The notes: generated from the sequence alone by a model not told the origin. Numbered from the stretch's first letter, positions 9,705 to 20,645 are shown. The stretch: 52,382 nt of DNA from a virus (IMGVR_UViG_3300020403_000015:1-52382), one strand, 5' to 3'. Made by a program: numbers and translations.

Positions 9705-12062
9705 ATGATTAATCCTGCTAAATTTCAGTCTGTTCTTGGTCAAGTTCAGGACGCACAGCTAATGGAGATGCTTAAGCGTCCCGACAAAATACCGACCAAC
9801 TTTGTGGTTGCTGAAATAAATCGCCGTCAGGCAATGAGGACTCAAGGCAAGGCACAGCAAGCGGCTCAAGCACAGAACATGTCTGTTATGCCTCATCCAC
9901 AAATGAAGCCTCAGGCCGCTCAACGCCAACCAGCCCAACAGCCTCAGGGTATGTATGACGGCGGGGTTCCGATGCGGCGACCATCTCTTGGTGAGCGTAA
10001 CCGCAACCCATTGAACCTAAGACCATTAACTGGTGAGCAGTTCTTTGGAACAACAGGTGTAAACAAAGGCTACTCAACCTTTGACAGCGACATTGCTGGA
10101 CTTAGGGCTGGCTTTATTAACATGGATGCATCTGCAAATCGTGGAATTGATAACATAAACGACTACATTAATCGCTTTGCGCCAGCCTCTGACCAGCCCA
10201 ATGCTGCAAGCACAGAGAACTATAAGAAGTTTGTAGCAGATGCTGTTGGCGTAGGTGTGGACGATAAGGTTGACTTCAGAAACCCTGACTTCAAGAAACG
10301 GTTGTTAAAGGCGCAGATAGTATTTGAGAATGGGCAAAACAGATATAGTGATGAAACTATTGATAGAGCCTTTGAGTTATCTGGTGACCTGAATACAAAC
10401 CCATTCGGTGTAAGTAAGCGTCAGGTTTCTACAGTAAATCAGCCACCATCTACAGCCAACATGTCAAACCAACAGCTTGTTAATAAGGCTAAAGCCCAGA
10501 TTGCCAAGTTCGGTTCAGGCAACACTGGTTCAGGTAGACCTCAAATCCTAGACACAATAGATGAGTTAGTTGCGGCGAAAGATGTGAGGAGTCTTAATGC
10601 ATTAGCCACTGACCCGTCAGTCGTTGATACTTACGGACAGCAAGTACAGACCTATGCGAAGAACGCTCTAGGTAAAATGACTGCAAATCGACAACCCCTT
10701 GTGCCAAGCCAAGAAAATGCACAGACCGATAGGGCTGGCATAGGTTCAATAAGCGGCAGAGGTTTTTCAACGGCTAACCCATTGCCTAAGAGAATAGACG
10801 ATGCCAAGGCGGCACAGGAAGCGGAAGCGGCAAAGTTTCCTTTCGGCTCCCAACGGGACATGGCAGCAGCATACAGTCGGCTTCAAAATCCTGAAGGTCG
10901 AAACATGGAAGATGATATGAGTTCTGCTGCTGGGATAAAGTCTGCCTATCTGAAAAAGTTTGGCAATAAGATGAACACAAACATGGTTCCGCTTCCAAAG
11001 CCTAAACCAAAGGCAGGGGGAAGCGGCGCAATACAAAGTTTCTTTAACCGCCTCACAACCCAAAGAGATGATGATGCAACAGATGGTAGCTTGCTCGGTG
11101 ACGATGATGGACAGGGTAGGTCTTCAGGTATCTATGGTGGACCACCCATATCTCCCGGTGACAGAAAGCCGGGTGAAGCGTTTGGTAAAAGGTTAGAGAA
11201 TCAAATCACAAGCAGAGGTGGAAGCAGTTCAACAGCAAAAGCTGTTGTTGACGCTGTAAAGGATTCAACAAAAAGCAGTCTTGGGAAGACCAACCTATCA
11301 CAGATAGGCGAACTAGGTTTCTTTGACACAAAGATTAAAGAGATTTCAGAACAGAACAAGGCTCTCCTCGACACATATAATGAGGGAACAACAGAACTTA
11401 TCAAAGCTCGTAAGGAGCTAATGGCACAGTTCGATGCCCAGAAGCGCACACCTCAGTCAATGTTCTTTGATGCGCTTATACAGGTAGGTCTTGACCTTGC
11501 CGCCTCTCCCGAAGCTAACTTTGGTCGCGCACTAGCTGGCGCAGCAAAGCAGGGTATAGCCTCTTACGAGAACATGACCAAGCAACAGCAAGAGAACATG
11601 TTCAAAAAATATAAGATGGCATACGACATTGCTAACGATGAATTCCAACACAAGTTAAAGGGACAAAAGCTGGCAATGGACTTGAACGTCAGCTTGGTTG
11701 GTATTGCAGATACTCTGTCTCAAATTAGCTACCGTCAGAAAATGGGTGATGCGGCTGGAATAAATGCAGAAGCAAGACTGGCTAAAGCAAACCAACCGCC
11801 GAAGCCTAACGCCTCAGTCTATAACTCTGTGATGGGTCAGTTTTACAAATTACAGGAAGACCCACTAGCAGCTTTGTCAGAAGCCCAAAGACTAGGTCTT
11901 GCCCCACCAGATGCGACTGAAGTAACCCCAGCTACCATGAACATGATGGAACAGTATTACGACAAGATGGCACGGTCTAGGGCTTCAGACTTCAGTAGTT
12001 CTGCATCCAACGACAGCGATGACGGTGCAATCCCCCTCTCTACACTCCTTCCTAAGATATAG
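9705..12062 (+). CDS. Internal virion protein with lysozyme-like (muralytic) domain
   Basis: RNRNPLNLR...GY.TF.S...G.RA...I.RFAP....N...NY...ENG segment near the N-terminus; coiled-coil C-terminus. Confidence 0.6.
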   Translation: MINPAKFQSVLGQVQDAQLMEMLKRPDKIPTNFVVAEINRRQAMRTQGKAQQAAQAQNMSVMPHPQMKPQAAQRQPAQQPQGMYDGGVPMRRPSLGERNRNPLNLRPLTGEQFFGTTGVNKGYSTFDSDIAGLRAGFINMDASANRGIDNINDYINRFAPASDQPNAASTENYKKFVADAVGVGVDDKVDFRNPDFKKRLLKAQIVFENGQNRYSDETIDRAFELSGDLNTNPFGVSKRQVSTVNQPPSTANMSNQQLVNKAKAQIAKFGSGNTGSGRPQILDTIDELVAAKDVRSLNALATDPSVVDTYGQQVQTYAKNALGKMTANRQPLVPSQENAQTDRAGIGSISGRGFSTANPLPKRIDDAKAAQEAEAAKFPFGSQRDMAAAYSRLQNPEGRNMEDDMSSAAGIKSAYLKKFGNKMNTNMVPLPKPKPKAGGSGAIQSFFNRLTTQRDDDATDGSLLGDDDGQGRSSGIYGGPPISPGDRKPGEAFGKRLENQITSRGGSSSTAKAVVDAVKDSTKSSLGKTNLSQIGELGFFDTKIKEISEQNKALLDTYNEGTTELIKARKELMAQFDAQKRTPQSMFFDALIQVGLDLAASPEANFGRALAGAAKQGIASYENMTKQQQENMFKKYKMAYDIANDEFQHKLKGQKLAMDLNVSLVGIADTLSQISYRQKMGDAAGINAEARLAKANQPPKPNASVYNSVMGQFYKLQEDPLAALSEAQRLGLAPPDATEVTPATMNMMEQYYDKMARSRASDFSSSASNDSDDGAIPLSTLLPKI

Positions 12063-12069
12063 GATTAAT

Positions 12070-15000
12070 ATGGCTAATACCGTAAGAATGCCTGACGGCA
12101 AACTTTATGATGTGACTGGACATTCTCAGGAAGACATAGAGGCCGCACGGCAAAATCTTTTTGCACAGATGGGCTATGGACCACAGCAAAAGGAAGACCC
12201 CGGAATCCTTGATGCTTTTGGACGGGGCTTGTCGCGTGGTATTGACCAGACATCTGCACTTGTTGGCGATGCCTTACCAGCTATCGTTGCTGACTCTCTT
12301 GGGTATGATGATTATAGGGATGAGCAACTAAAAGAATACACTGAGAGTATGGAACGTATGGAGAAAGAATCTCCAAGCTATGTTCCCACTTATAAAGACG
12401 TAGACAGTGTCGGTGACGCTGCGCTTTACGCCAGTGAAACAGTCGGCATGTTCATCCCGTCTATTCTTACGTCCATTGCTGGCGGTGGTGTTGGTGGTTT
12501 TGTTGGAAAGAAAGTTGCCGAAAGGTTCGCCTCTAAAATGGCTGGCGACTACGCTAAAAAACTAGCAACCGCGCAGACTGTTGGTCGCACCGCTGGATTT
12601 TTTACTGGCAGTGGCGTTCAGACAATACCAGAAGCATACACCTCTATCGCAGAGGGTACTGGTGAGCCACGGGCTGGCGCAGCCTTTATGATTGGCTCTA
12701 TCAACGCAGCCCTAGACTCCCTACTCCCAGCCGCAATTGCCAGTAAGCTGTCAGGTCGTGCAAGGAAGGATGTAGCCCGTAGCATATTTGCACGAATGAT
12801 GAAAGCTGGTGGCAAGGGTGCGTTTGTTGAGGGGTTGACCGAAGGAACGCAGGAAGCCAACCAACTAGCAGCTATTGACTATATAAATAATAACCCTGAC
12901 CTGTTGCGGGGTGAAAACCTAGAGCGTGTCTTAGAGGCTGGCATCCGTGGTTCGGTTGGCGGTGGTGCTATAAGCTCTGTAACAGGAATGCCCCGTGGGA
13001 GACCAACTCCTGAGACTGACCCAGAACTTGTTGATGCTGCACAAGCCTACGCTGAAGGTCGCCCTGCCCCAACAGAACAACTGACTGGACCAGATGCTGT
13101 ACAGCAAATTGGCTTTGACCCAACGGTTCAAAATCAAGAGACCCGTGAAGCTACGGTTCCTATTGTGGAAAGGGGTGAACGCACTGAAAGAACAGTTACT
13201 GACAGTGACGGTAGAACCCAGACCATTGTGGACACCCCAAGCGTTGGTGAAGTTGGCTCATCAGCAAGAGTTCTAACTGGTGACCAACAGCCGTTCTTTG
13301 AAACACTGGACCCAGAAACAGCACCAACAACGGACGCTAGGCAGAATGCGGTGTTTGTTCAAAATGCATCGCGGTACGCCATCGACAACAACCTCGATGT
13401 TGACGAATTTCTAGGTAGCCCAGAAGGTCAGACATTTATGGATGAGCAAGCACAAGCTGCTGATGTCCAAGATGTAAACCTAACACCAACCAAGGTAGGT
13501 CAAGAAGAACGTGATGCTGTAAAATTAAACACGCCACAACTTTTAGAATGGGGAGAACAAAACAAAGCGAATGACCCACAGATTGCTAACATCATGGGAA
13601 GTGGTGTTAATAATAATGTAAAGGCCCAAGCACTACGCCAGTACTTAACTCGTAAAAATGTAACTCCAGCAACCGCTGAACAGGCCAGTCAGACTGGTGA
13701 CCCTATCCTTAGGCCGCGTCCAAAAACTGCTGAAGAAGGTACGGTCGAGTCAACTGACGAAGCCTTTCAGCCCCGTATGTCAAGGCGCAAGGACACAGAA
13801 CAAGGCGCACAGCTACGCGAAGAGGTTGGCCCTGTAGTAAACTCAGCCCTGCTTGAAGCACTCCGATTGCGTGGTGGTGAGGCATCCGTAAGGATGAACG
13901 AGAGCGGCGAGATTGACGAAGCCGCCACAACCAAGGCTAACACCAAGTATGAAGGTGCGGTTCGTTACCTAAACATGAGGCTGAACAACCTCTCAAAACA
14001 AGGCGCACAAGGAAAGAGAGTTGCCGACAGTATTCGCACACAGGTTATGGATAACCAGAGTATGGGCGCGAAGGAAATTGTTGGTGCGTTCTTGGCTGGT
14101 GATGCTGTTGTTGATGTTCTTGGTGGCGAGGGAATATCTGGTGGCGTTGGCCTTATGTTTCACAAGACCCTTAAAGGAAATGGGAAACACTCCCTTGAGG
14201 GTCTTAAAGAATATGTAAACAACGGAAATCAAGCTGTTATCAATCTGGCCTTTTATGAGGATGACCCAAGGCGGGTTGCTCAGACAGCCAGTCACGAAGC
14301 ATTCCACATTCTGCAAGACTTCTACTCAGAGTACAGCCCTTCAGATTCCAAATTGCTTGAGTCTGTCTACAAGATGAAGGACGGAAAGGTAAACTTCAAA
14401 GCCCTTCCCGGCACTATCAAACGCCTGTGGAAAGAGTACGACCCTCAGTTACATCGAATGGCACTTGACGGAACACTGCCTGAAGCAATGTCCAGCCCCG
14501 CTGAGTTTCAGGCGAAGACATTTGAACTGTACAAGAAGGCTCAACAGGCAGGAGAGTCCAACCCACTGACAGGAAGCTACGGTCGGTTCTTTGATTTTGT
14601 AGGTCGATTCCTTCCGCGTCTCAGGAATTACATGCGTGGCTTTGGCTATCAGACAGCCGAAGATGTCTTCACTCGCGCTGCTTCAGGAAAGACTGCACAA
14701 CAGATAAAGGGAAAAAAGGTAAGCTCACGAGACACTCAATCAGGTACTGAGCAGTCAATCGCTGTAGATAGAGAACCTACTCCCAGGGATGTCTACTCAC
14801 AACTTGAAAAGCTGGCAAACAAGGAAGGCTCTGAACAATCCTTAAGGATGGCTGCTGAAAAGCATAGGGATGCTATGCAAGTCACCACCAATGAGCCATC
14901 TCAAATCAGGGTTGAAGGATTCGTTGCGGATACTAATCCTGTAATAACAAAGAACACTGTTTTTGATTTTGAAACGCAGGATAGAAAAGGTAGGGCTGTC

Positions 15001-18000
15001 ATGGCGATGGACCACCTTTTAGGAAGTAAAAAGCACACACGACAACTGGACACTATCCTACGATTGCATGATGCGAATGAAGATGATGGAGAAAGCCGTA
15101 GCGCAGAATTCAATGAAACGGTTGCTCGCTGGAACGAAGCAAAGCAAGACGGTGATAAGGACATGCAATTTAATCTCGCTTTGGACGCTTCTCATATATT
15201 CAGGAAGCTGGGCGATGACGGCATAGAGGTTTATCAGGACCGCAAAAACAACGTAAACGTGGTTTCATTCAAGTTTCCAGAGGACGCTGAGTATGGAACA
15301 CAAGAACATTTCTCTATTGCAATGGTCGGACATAGAGGCGAAGAAGATTTTACCAGCCCCTTTCTGGATGACTATGAATTAACCACATTCAGGTTAGACG
15401 AACAAATACACGACCTCTTTAACAACGAATTAGTTGGCAAAAGAACTGCCACAAGTGACAAGAAAATAACTGTCATAGCCAATTCAAACTCTGATTATGA
15501 CTCCGCGTTTAATAAAGAGTCCGTTTGGAACATAGATTTCTCTGTTGATGGACAGTATACAACTCAAAGGGATACGCCGCCAAAACAAACCATCGAAATA
15601 TTCGGCAAGGTTTTAGCTGGAATAAGAAAGGTTTTGGATGCCATTGATGACAACAACTATGCATTCGGCGGCATTGGATTTACAGCGGCTGGTGGGGTTG
15701 AAGGCTCACCCGCATACAAGAAACAAGCTGTTTATAATAAGATTGCGCGAGACCCTAAAATCCGCGCCATGTTCCCGGAACTTGACGCTGCCCAAAATGT
15801 TGAAAATCTGGGTCAGTTTGAAACGATGGCTGGGTTTATGCCAGCAAAGCCTGATGCTGGTAAAGAGGCATCACTCAGGCTTGACAGGGTTCCAGACCTT
15901 ACTCAGTCTCAGCCGTCCCCTGCTAACAATGACATCGTTAATCAGCTTGTACTAAGCCCACGGGAACGTGCGCTATCTGCTCTCGACATTCTTTACAATC
16001 CAGACTTCAAAGACGAATTACCGCAGAAGGATACCGAAGAAGGTAGAGATGGAAGGAAAAGGGCAAAAGGCAGAAGCATTGCAGAGGTAGGATACGGCCT
16101 TCAGAACAAGGCACTTGCTATCTTGGGTGGGCAAAAGATTACAGAGTCCAATCCTGAGACAGACCAGATGCTTGCAAGGGTGATTGCTTCTGAAGTCATG
16201 GCAGCACTAAAGAATAACCCTGAGGCATCAGCCGCTGACTGGTACACATCTTCCGTTGAACGTGCGATTGATGCTGTAGCACAGCTTTATCCAGAAGTTG
16301 CTACTGACCCTGAACATCGTTCAGCTTTTGCCGCTGCGCTGGCAATCACAAGCCAGAAGATAGTAGTTGACAGAAACTCTCAGCTTGGATTGGCAACCTA
16401 CGAATTCTGGAGAGAGAATGGTCGCTTCCCTCTGTTTGGTGAAGGCGATGCAGCGGGTCCGATGCAAAACAATTTCCGTCTTGCTAACGAGGTTCAGGCT
16501 GCATTTGGGGATGACTTCACAAACTTCCTATCCCGCCAGTATTCTAGAAAAGAACTTGAGCAAGCACTTACTGATGCGGGTATTAAGGTTGGCACAGGGG
16601 GTGTTAACCTTGCTGGCGAGGGTGTAAATGAAATGGTATATGGTTCGTTTATTTTCGGACCAAAAATTGGGCAAGGCTTTTATCAGAACCTGATGGGCAA
16701 CTTTGACCCTGTCACCATTGACCTGTGGTTTATGAGAACATGGGGCCGCATGACAGGTACTCTGGTTGGAAAACCTGAGGCAGCAGCAAAAAACATAGAC
16801 AAGCTCAAGGTGATGATGAGCGAAGAAGGTATTGAGTTTGACAGCAATCTCTTTGGAACTGACGAACAGTACACATTCGACATAGTCACACGCCTAAAAA
16901 GAGACGGCGAAAAACATTACAAGGCTGAGACTGACAGGCTTAAAGAGCAAGGTCTGGAAAAGGAAGACAGAATACCCAAGTCTCCATCTCAGAAAGAGTC
17001 ATCTAATTATATAACCAATATGATGAAAACTATTGAGCAACCCAGAGGCCCGTCTCAGCGGTCTTGGATACGGTCAGTGGTTAAACAGGCTAATGATGTT
17101 TTACGTCAGAATGGAATCAACATAACCAACGCTGACCTTCAGGCTATCATCTGGTATCCTGAAAAGAACTTGTACTCATTGCTTCAGAGCGGAAAACCTA
17201 ACGCTGAAAAATTAAATCAATCATATGACACAACATTTGGAGAACTTATCAATGGCCCAACTGGGATACGCTCCGTGGACCGAGGAAGCGGATTTGACGC
17301 TGTCAGAGAATCTGTCCGAAAAGCAGATAAAAAGCCTAGCAAAAAGTCTAAAGGCAATGTCGGACAGGAAGAGTCAATCCGATTCTCAACAGCAGACTAT
17401 CGAACAACCGATGGAATGAGAAGTGTTCTTGGCGACCCAACCGCCAAGACATTATCTGGTCGAGTCTATAATTTCCTACAAAGGTTTACGACAAAGGAAG
17501 GACGAGCCAACGAAGGACGCAAGTTTATCAATGAATTTGTACACGGCCTCGCCCCACTCGCAAGGCGTGAACTAGCCTTAAGTGAAAAGAGAACTGGAGA
17601 CAGAAGGTATCTGCCGTTTGCACAGTCTGCGTTCAAGGTTACCGAACTAGCCCAGCAAATTCCGGGCCGCATGCAGATGATGTATGAGTTCGGTGCGCCT
17701 AAACTTAACCCTGACGGGTCAATGGGAATAGTTGAAACAACGCAGGGTCTTAAGAAAATCTTTGAACCCATAGGACAGGGTGAAAAGTACGGTCAGTTTC
17801 AGATGTATGTCTACGCCAAGAGAGCGGAGCGACTGAAGCAGGAAGGTCGAGAGAACCTGATGACTGACGCACAGATTGCTGAAGGTCTAGGCTACGGCGC
17901 AGCTAACCCAGAATTTGACCGTGTGTTTCAGGAGTACAGAAAGTTTAACGAAGCACTGATGCAGTTCCTTGTGGACACAGGGTCCATTAATACTGAGACA

Positions 18001-20058
18001 AAGAACAAACTGATAGGCACGGCAGACTACGTTCCTTTTTACCGCATCATCGAAGAAGAGCAATACACAGAGGGGCTGTTCGGTCAGTTGCGTCAGGGCA
18101 ATGACTTTGCACAGAACCAAACTTCTGCATTCGACAACCCTGACAGGTTGGTTAGTAACGTCATTCGCAAACTAAAGGGCGGCGAAGAAAAGATTGGTGA
18201 CCTGTACGAAAATATCTTTGGCAACACACAAGCTATCATATCTGCTGGACTTAGAAACGTAGCCACTAGACGAACCGTTGATGTTGTCGAATCCCTAAAG
18301 AACGAAACAGACTTCTACAAGGGCGTGGACAGTCCAAAGAAAATTAATAAAGACGAAGCAAAGAACAACGACAATCACTTCACCTATCGTGAGAATGGTG
18401 TCACCAAGTTTTACGATGTCGGGGCTGACGGTGAGTTAATCACAGCAATGCGTACCTTCACACCGCCTCAGTTAGCTGGCTTCCTCAAGACGCTTGGTGC
18501 TGTAGGTCGGTTCTTCCGAAACGCAATCACGATAACTCCATCCTTTATGATAGCCAACCTTATCCGTGGTGATATGGCTGGTGTGGTGTCCGTTGACGCA
18601 CCTTTGGTTCCTTTTGTGGACACTATACGCGGTCTGAAAAATGCACTGACAGACTCTGAAACTGTCCAAGAAATGAAAACGATTGGTGGCTTTGGCGGCT
18701 ACACATTTGGTGACAACAACGCCGACTTTGCTAAGAAGATGAAGCGTCATCAACGGCGGCATGACGGTTACGATATCATCGACACACCCCAGCGTATGGG
18801 CGACATGATTGCCACCTTCTTTGAAAAGGTGAACAACGTTGGTGAAGCAACGGAGATGGCTACGAGAGAGGCCATCTTTAGGAAGATGACCGAAGCTGGT
18901 TCAAGTAAGTCAGACGCTGCCTACGAGGCCCTAAACCTCATTAACTACTCAAGGAGAGGCAACCCACAGGGTGCTTTGGCTCAGACATTCTCCATGCTAA
19001 TACCTCTTGTTCCATTCTTGAATGCAAGGGTTCAAGGTTTGTACCGAACTGGCACTGCGTTTAGTACTGAGGCAACTCCAAGGAATACCATAAAGAAAGG
19101 TCTTGGCCTGATGGGGTTATCCCTTGGGCTGTATGCCATCTCAAGCAGTCAAGATGACTGGGACAAAGAGCCACTCCACCGAAAGCTGAATTACTATATC
19201 ATTTACGCTGGTGATAAGAAGTTCCTCATTCCAAAGCCGTTTGAAATAGGCGCGGTCTTCAGCACCATTCCTGAACTGTTCTTTGATTATATAAAGAAAC
19301 GTGATGGTGAAGAGGTTAAGGATGCTGTGCTTCAGATATTCCTGAACAACTTCAGCTTTAACCCCATTCCTCAGGCAGTCAAGCCGTTGGTCGAGGTAGC
19401 ATCGAACTATGATTTCTTTAGAGGTCGGGCGATTGAAAGCCTTGGTGTCAGGGGCTTGCCGACAGAGATGCGTTCCTACTCAACAACAAGCGAGACAGCA
19501 AAACAGATTGGAAGGGTGAGCAGCGCACTGGGTATCTCTCCTATCGAAGCTGAGACTTTAATCAACGGATACGCTGGTAGCCTTGGTTCCTACTTCTTAG
19601 CTGGCGTTGACTCTATCCTTGGCTGGTCAGGGGCTGTTCCACAGAAGCCATCCGGGGTGTTTGGTGACGATATCTCTGGACATGCAGCGGCTGCGCTTGG
19701 TCTGAACCGCTTTGTTAAGGACCGCCCTGCTGACCCCGCATCAAAGTATATGTCTGATTTCTACGAGATGAAGCGTGAAGCTGACGAAGTTGTGCGAGGC
19801 ATCAATCGCTTGAGAGAGGAAGGTGACTACGAAGCTGCGCTTGAGATGAGGAAAGACAACCGCGCACTCATCTCTATCAAGAAGACGCTGAACAAACGTT
19901 ACGTCAAACTCAATCAAATTAACGACCAAATCCAAGGAGTGAAGTCTTCAGGATTAGAGCCTGAAGCAAAACAGAAAAAACTCAACCAACTAATTATTCA
20001 GCGCAACCGTATCGTGTCAGATATGGCGAAGCTGAAGAAGAGAATAAGAGATGTTTAA
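12070..20058 (+). CDS. Giant internal virion / polyvalent protein with C-terminal LPD38-like domain
   Basis: 2662 aa from ATG 12070. HEAFH zincin motif; C-terminal NYSRRG..PFLNARVQG..IPKPFEIG..P.VE...NYDFFRGRAI pattern of LPD38. Confidence 0.7.
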   Translation: MANTVRMPDGKLYDVTGHSQEDIEAARQNLFAQMGYGPQQKEDPGILDAFGRGLSRGIDQTSALVGDALPAIVADSLGYDDYRDEQLKEYTESMERMEKESPSYVPTYKDVDSVGDAALYASETVGMFIPSILTSIAGGGVGGFVGKKVAERFASKMAGDYAKKLATAQTVGRTAGFFTGSGVQTIPEAYTSIAEGTGEPRAGAAFMIGSINAALDSLLPAAIASKLSGRARKDVARSIFARMMKAGGKGAFVEGLTEGTQEANQLAAIDYINNNPDLLRGENLERVLEAGIRGSVGGGAISSVTGMPRGRPTPETDPELVDAAQAYAEGRPAPTEQLTGPDAVQQIGFDPTVQNQETREATVPIVERGERTERTVTDSDGRTQTIVDTPSVGEVGSSARVLTGDQQPFFETLDPETAPTTDARQNAVFVQNASRYAIDNNLDVDEFLGSPEGQTFMDEQAQAADVQDVNLTPTKVGQEERDAVKLNTPQLLEWGEQNKANDPQIANIMGSGVNNNVKAQALRQYLTRKNVTPATAEQASQTGDPILRPRPKTAEEGTVESTDEAFQPRMSRRKDTEQGAQLREEVGPVVNSALLEALRLRGGEASVRMNESGEIDEAATTKANTKYEGAVRYLNMRLNNLSKQGAQGKRVADSIRTQVMDNQSMGAKEIVGAFLAGDAVVDVLGGEGISGGVGLMFHKTLKGNGKHSLEGLKEYVNNGNQAVINLAFYEDDPRRVAQTASHEAFHILQDFYSEYSPSDSKLLESVYKMKDGKVNFKALPGTIKRLWKEYDPQLHRMALDGTLPEAMSSPAEFQAKTFELYKKAQQAGESNPLTGSYGRFFDFVGRFLPRLRNYMRGFGYQTAEDVFTRAASGKTAQQIKGKKVSSRDTQSGTEQSIAVDREPTPRDVYSQLEKLANKEGSEQSLRMAAEKHRDAMQVTTNEPSQIRVEGFVADTNPVITKNTVFDFETQDRKGRAVMAMDHLLGSKKHTRQLDTILRLHDANEDDGESRSAEFNETVARWNEAKQDGDKDMQFNLALDASHIFRKLGDDGIEVYQDRKNNVNVVSFKFPEDAEYGTQEHFSIAMVGHRGEEDFTSPFLDDYELTTFRLDEQIHDLFNNELVGKRTATSDKKITVIANSNSDYDSAFNKESVWNIDFSVDGQYTTQRDTPPKQTIEIFGKVLAGIRKVLDAIDDNNYAFGGIGFTAAGGVEGSPAYKKQAVYNKIARDPKIRAMFPELDAAQNVENLGQFETMAGFMPAKPDAGKEASLRLDRVPDLTQSQPSPANNDIVNQLVLSPRERALSALDILYNPDFKDELPQKDTEEGRDGRKRAKGRSIAEVGYGLQNKALAILGGQKITESNPETDQMLARVIASEVMAALKNNPEASAADWYTSSVERAIDAVAQLYPEVATDPEHRSAFAAALAITSQKIVVDRNSQLGLATYEFWRENGRFPLFGEGDAAGPMQNNFRLANEVQAAFGDDFTNFLSRQYSRKELEQALTDAGIKVGTGGVNLAGEGVNEMVYGSFIFGPKIGQGFYQNLMGNFDPVTIDLWFMRTWGRMTGTLVGKPEAAAKNIDKLKVMMSEEGIEFDSNLFGTDEQYTFDIVTRLKRDGEKHYKAETDRLKEQGLEKEDRIPKSPSQKESSNYITNMMKTIEQPRGPSQRSWIRSVVKQANDVLRQNGINITNADLQAIIWYPEKNLYSLLQSGKPNAEKLNQSYDTTFGELINGPTGIRSVDRGSGFDAVRESVRKADKKPSKKSKGNVGQEESIRFSTADYRTTDGMRSVLGDPTAKTLSGRVYNFLQRFTTKEGRANEGRKFINEFVHGLAPLARRELALSEKRTGDRRYLPFAQSAFKVTELAQQIPGRMQMMYEFGAPKLNPDGSMGIVETTQGLKKIFEPIGQGEKYGQFQMYVYAKRAERLKQEGRENLMTDAQIAEGLGYGAANPEFDRVFQEYRKFNEALMQFLVDTGSINTETKNKLIGTADYVPFYRIIEEEQYTEGLFGQLRQGNDFAQNQTSAFDNPDRLVSNVIRKLKGGEEKIGDLYENIFGNTQAIISAGLRNVATRRTVDVVESLKNETDFYKGVDSPKKINKDEAKNNDNHFTYRENGVTKFYDVGADGELITAMRTFTPPQLAGFLKTLGAVGRFFRNAITITPSFMIANLIRGDMAGVVSVDAPLVPFVDTIRGLKNALTDSETVQEMKTIGGFGGYTFGDNNADFAKKMKRHQRRHDGYDIIDTPQRMGDMIATFFEKVNNVGEATEMATREAIFRKMTEAGSSKSDAAYEALNLINYSRRGNPQGALAQTFSMLIPLVPFLNARVQGLYRTGTAFSTEATPRNTIKKGLGLMGLSLGLYAISSSQDDWDKEPLHRKLNYYIIYAGDKKFLIPKPFEIGAVFSTIPELFFDYIKKRDGEEVKDAVLQIFLNNFSFNPIPQAVKPLVEVASNYDFFRGRAIESLGVRGLPTEMRSYSTTSETAKQIGRVSSALGISPIEAETLINGYAGSLGSYFLAGVDSILGWSGAVPQKPSGVFGDDISGHAAAALGLNRFVKDRPADPASKYMSDFYEMKREADEVVRGINRLREEGDYEAALEMRKDNRALISIKKTLNKRYVKLNQINDQIQGVKSSGLEPEAKQKKLNQLIIQRNRIVSDMAKLKKRIRDV

Positions 20059-20254
20059 GACAATTGTCTTTGCGTGTCTTGTAATTAGTCCAACGGATTG
20101 TTGGGAATACTTAGACACAAGAGGTCCGTATGAGAGCCGTGATGTTTGTATCAAACGAGCCTACGAAATCGGAAATTCAATAATGGAAATTACGCAAGGC
20201 AATGTTCGGCCTCAAAGATTCCGTTGCAAAAAATTGAAGGGAACAAAACTATGA
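20051..20254 (+). CDS. Small Cys-containing hypothetical protein
   Basis: Hydrophobic N-terminus, GPY.S...C motif; overlaps neighbouring ORFs. Confidence 0.55.
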   Translation: MFKTIVFACLVISPTDCWEYLDTRGPYESRDVCIKRAYEIGNSIMEITQGNVRPQRFRCKKLKGTKL

Positions 20255-20643
20255 TTTGGTCCAGCCTACTATCACCCATAGCCACCATTGCGGGTACATG
20301 GATGGAAGGTAAAGTAGCCTCCACGAAAGCAAAAGCAGAAGCCAACGTAGCCGAAGCCAAAAGTAGAGCAACTATCGCTGAGAAAAAAGCGACAGGTGAT
20401 ATTGATTGGGAACAGGCCGCTATAGAAAATACAGCGTCAAGTTGGAAGGACGAGTTTGCTCTAGTAGCCCTTATGGCCCCAGCAATTGGAGTGTACTTTG
20501 TTCCTGATAAAGTACAGGAAGGTTTTGAAATCTTAGCCACACTTCCCGATTGGTATCAGTACCTATTATTCATTGCGATTAGCAGTTCTTTTGGCATCAA
20601 GGGTGTGGGTCAAGCAGCCAAGATGCTACGCAAGGGCAAGTAG
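20251..20643 (+). CDS. Holin-like protein (3TM type)
   Basis: ATG 20251. SWKDEF, LP.WYQ.L and FGIKG motifs, hydrophobic segments, basic tail. Confidence 0.65.
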   Translation: MIWSSLLSPIATIAGTWMEGKVASTKAKAEANVAEAKSRATIAEKKATGDIDWEQAAIENTASSWKDEFALVALMAPAIGVYFVPDKVQEGFEILATLPDWYQYLLFIAISSSFGIKGVGQAAKMLRKGK

Positions 20644-20645
20644 AA

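Noticed and set aside
598-19935. Numerous antisense and alternate-frame ORFs of 60-180 aa within structural genes
   Set aside because: Shadows of long, coupled + strand genes, with no RBS or motifs.
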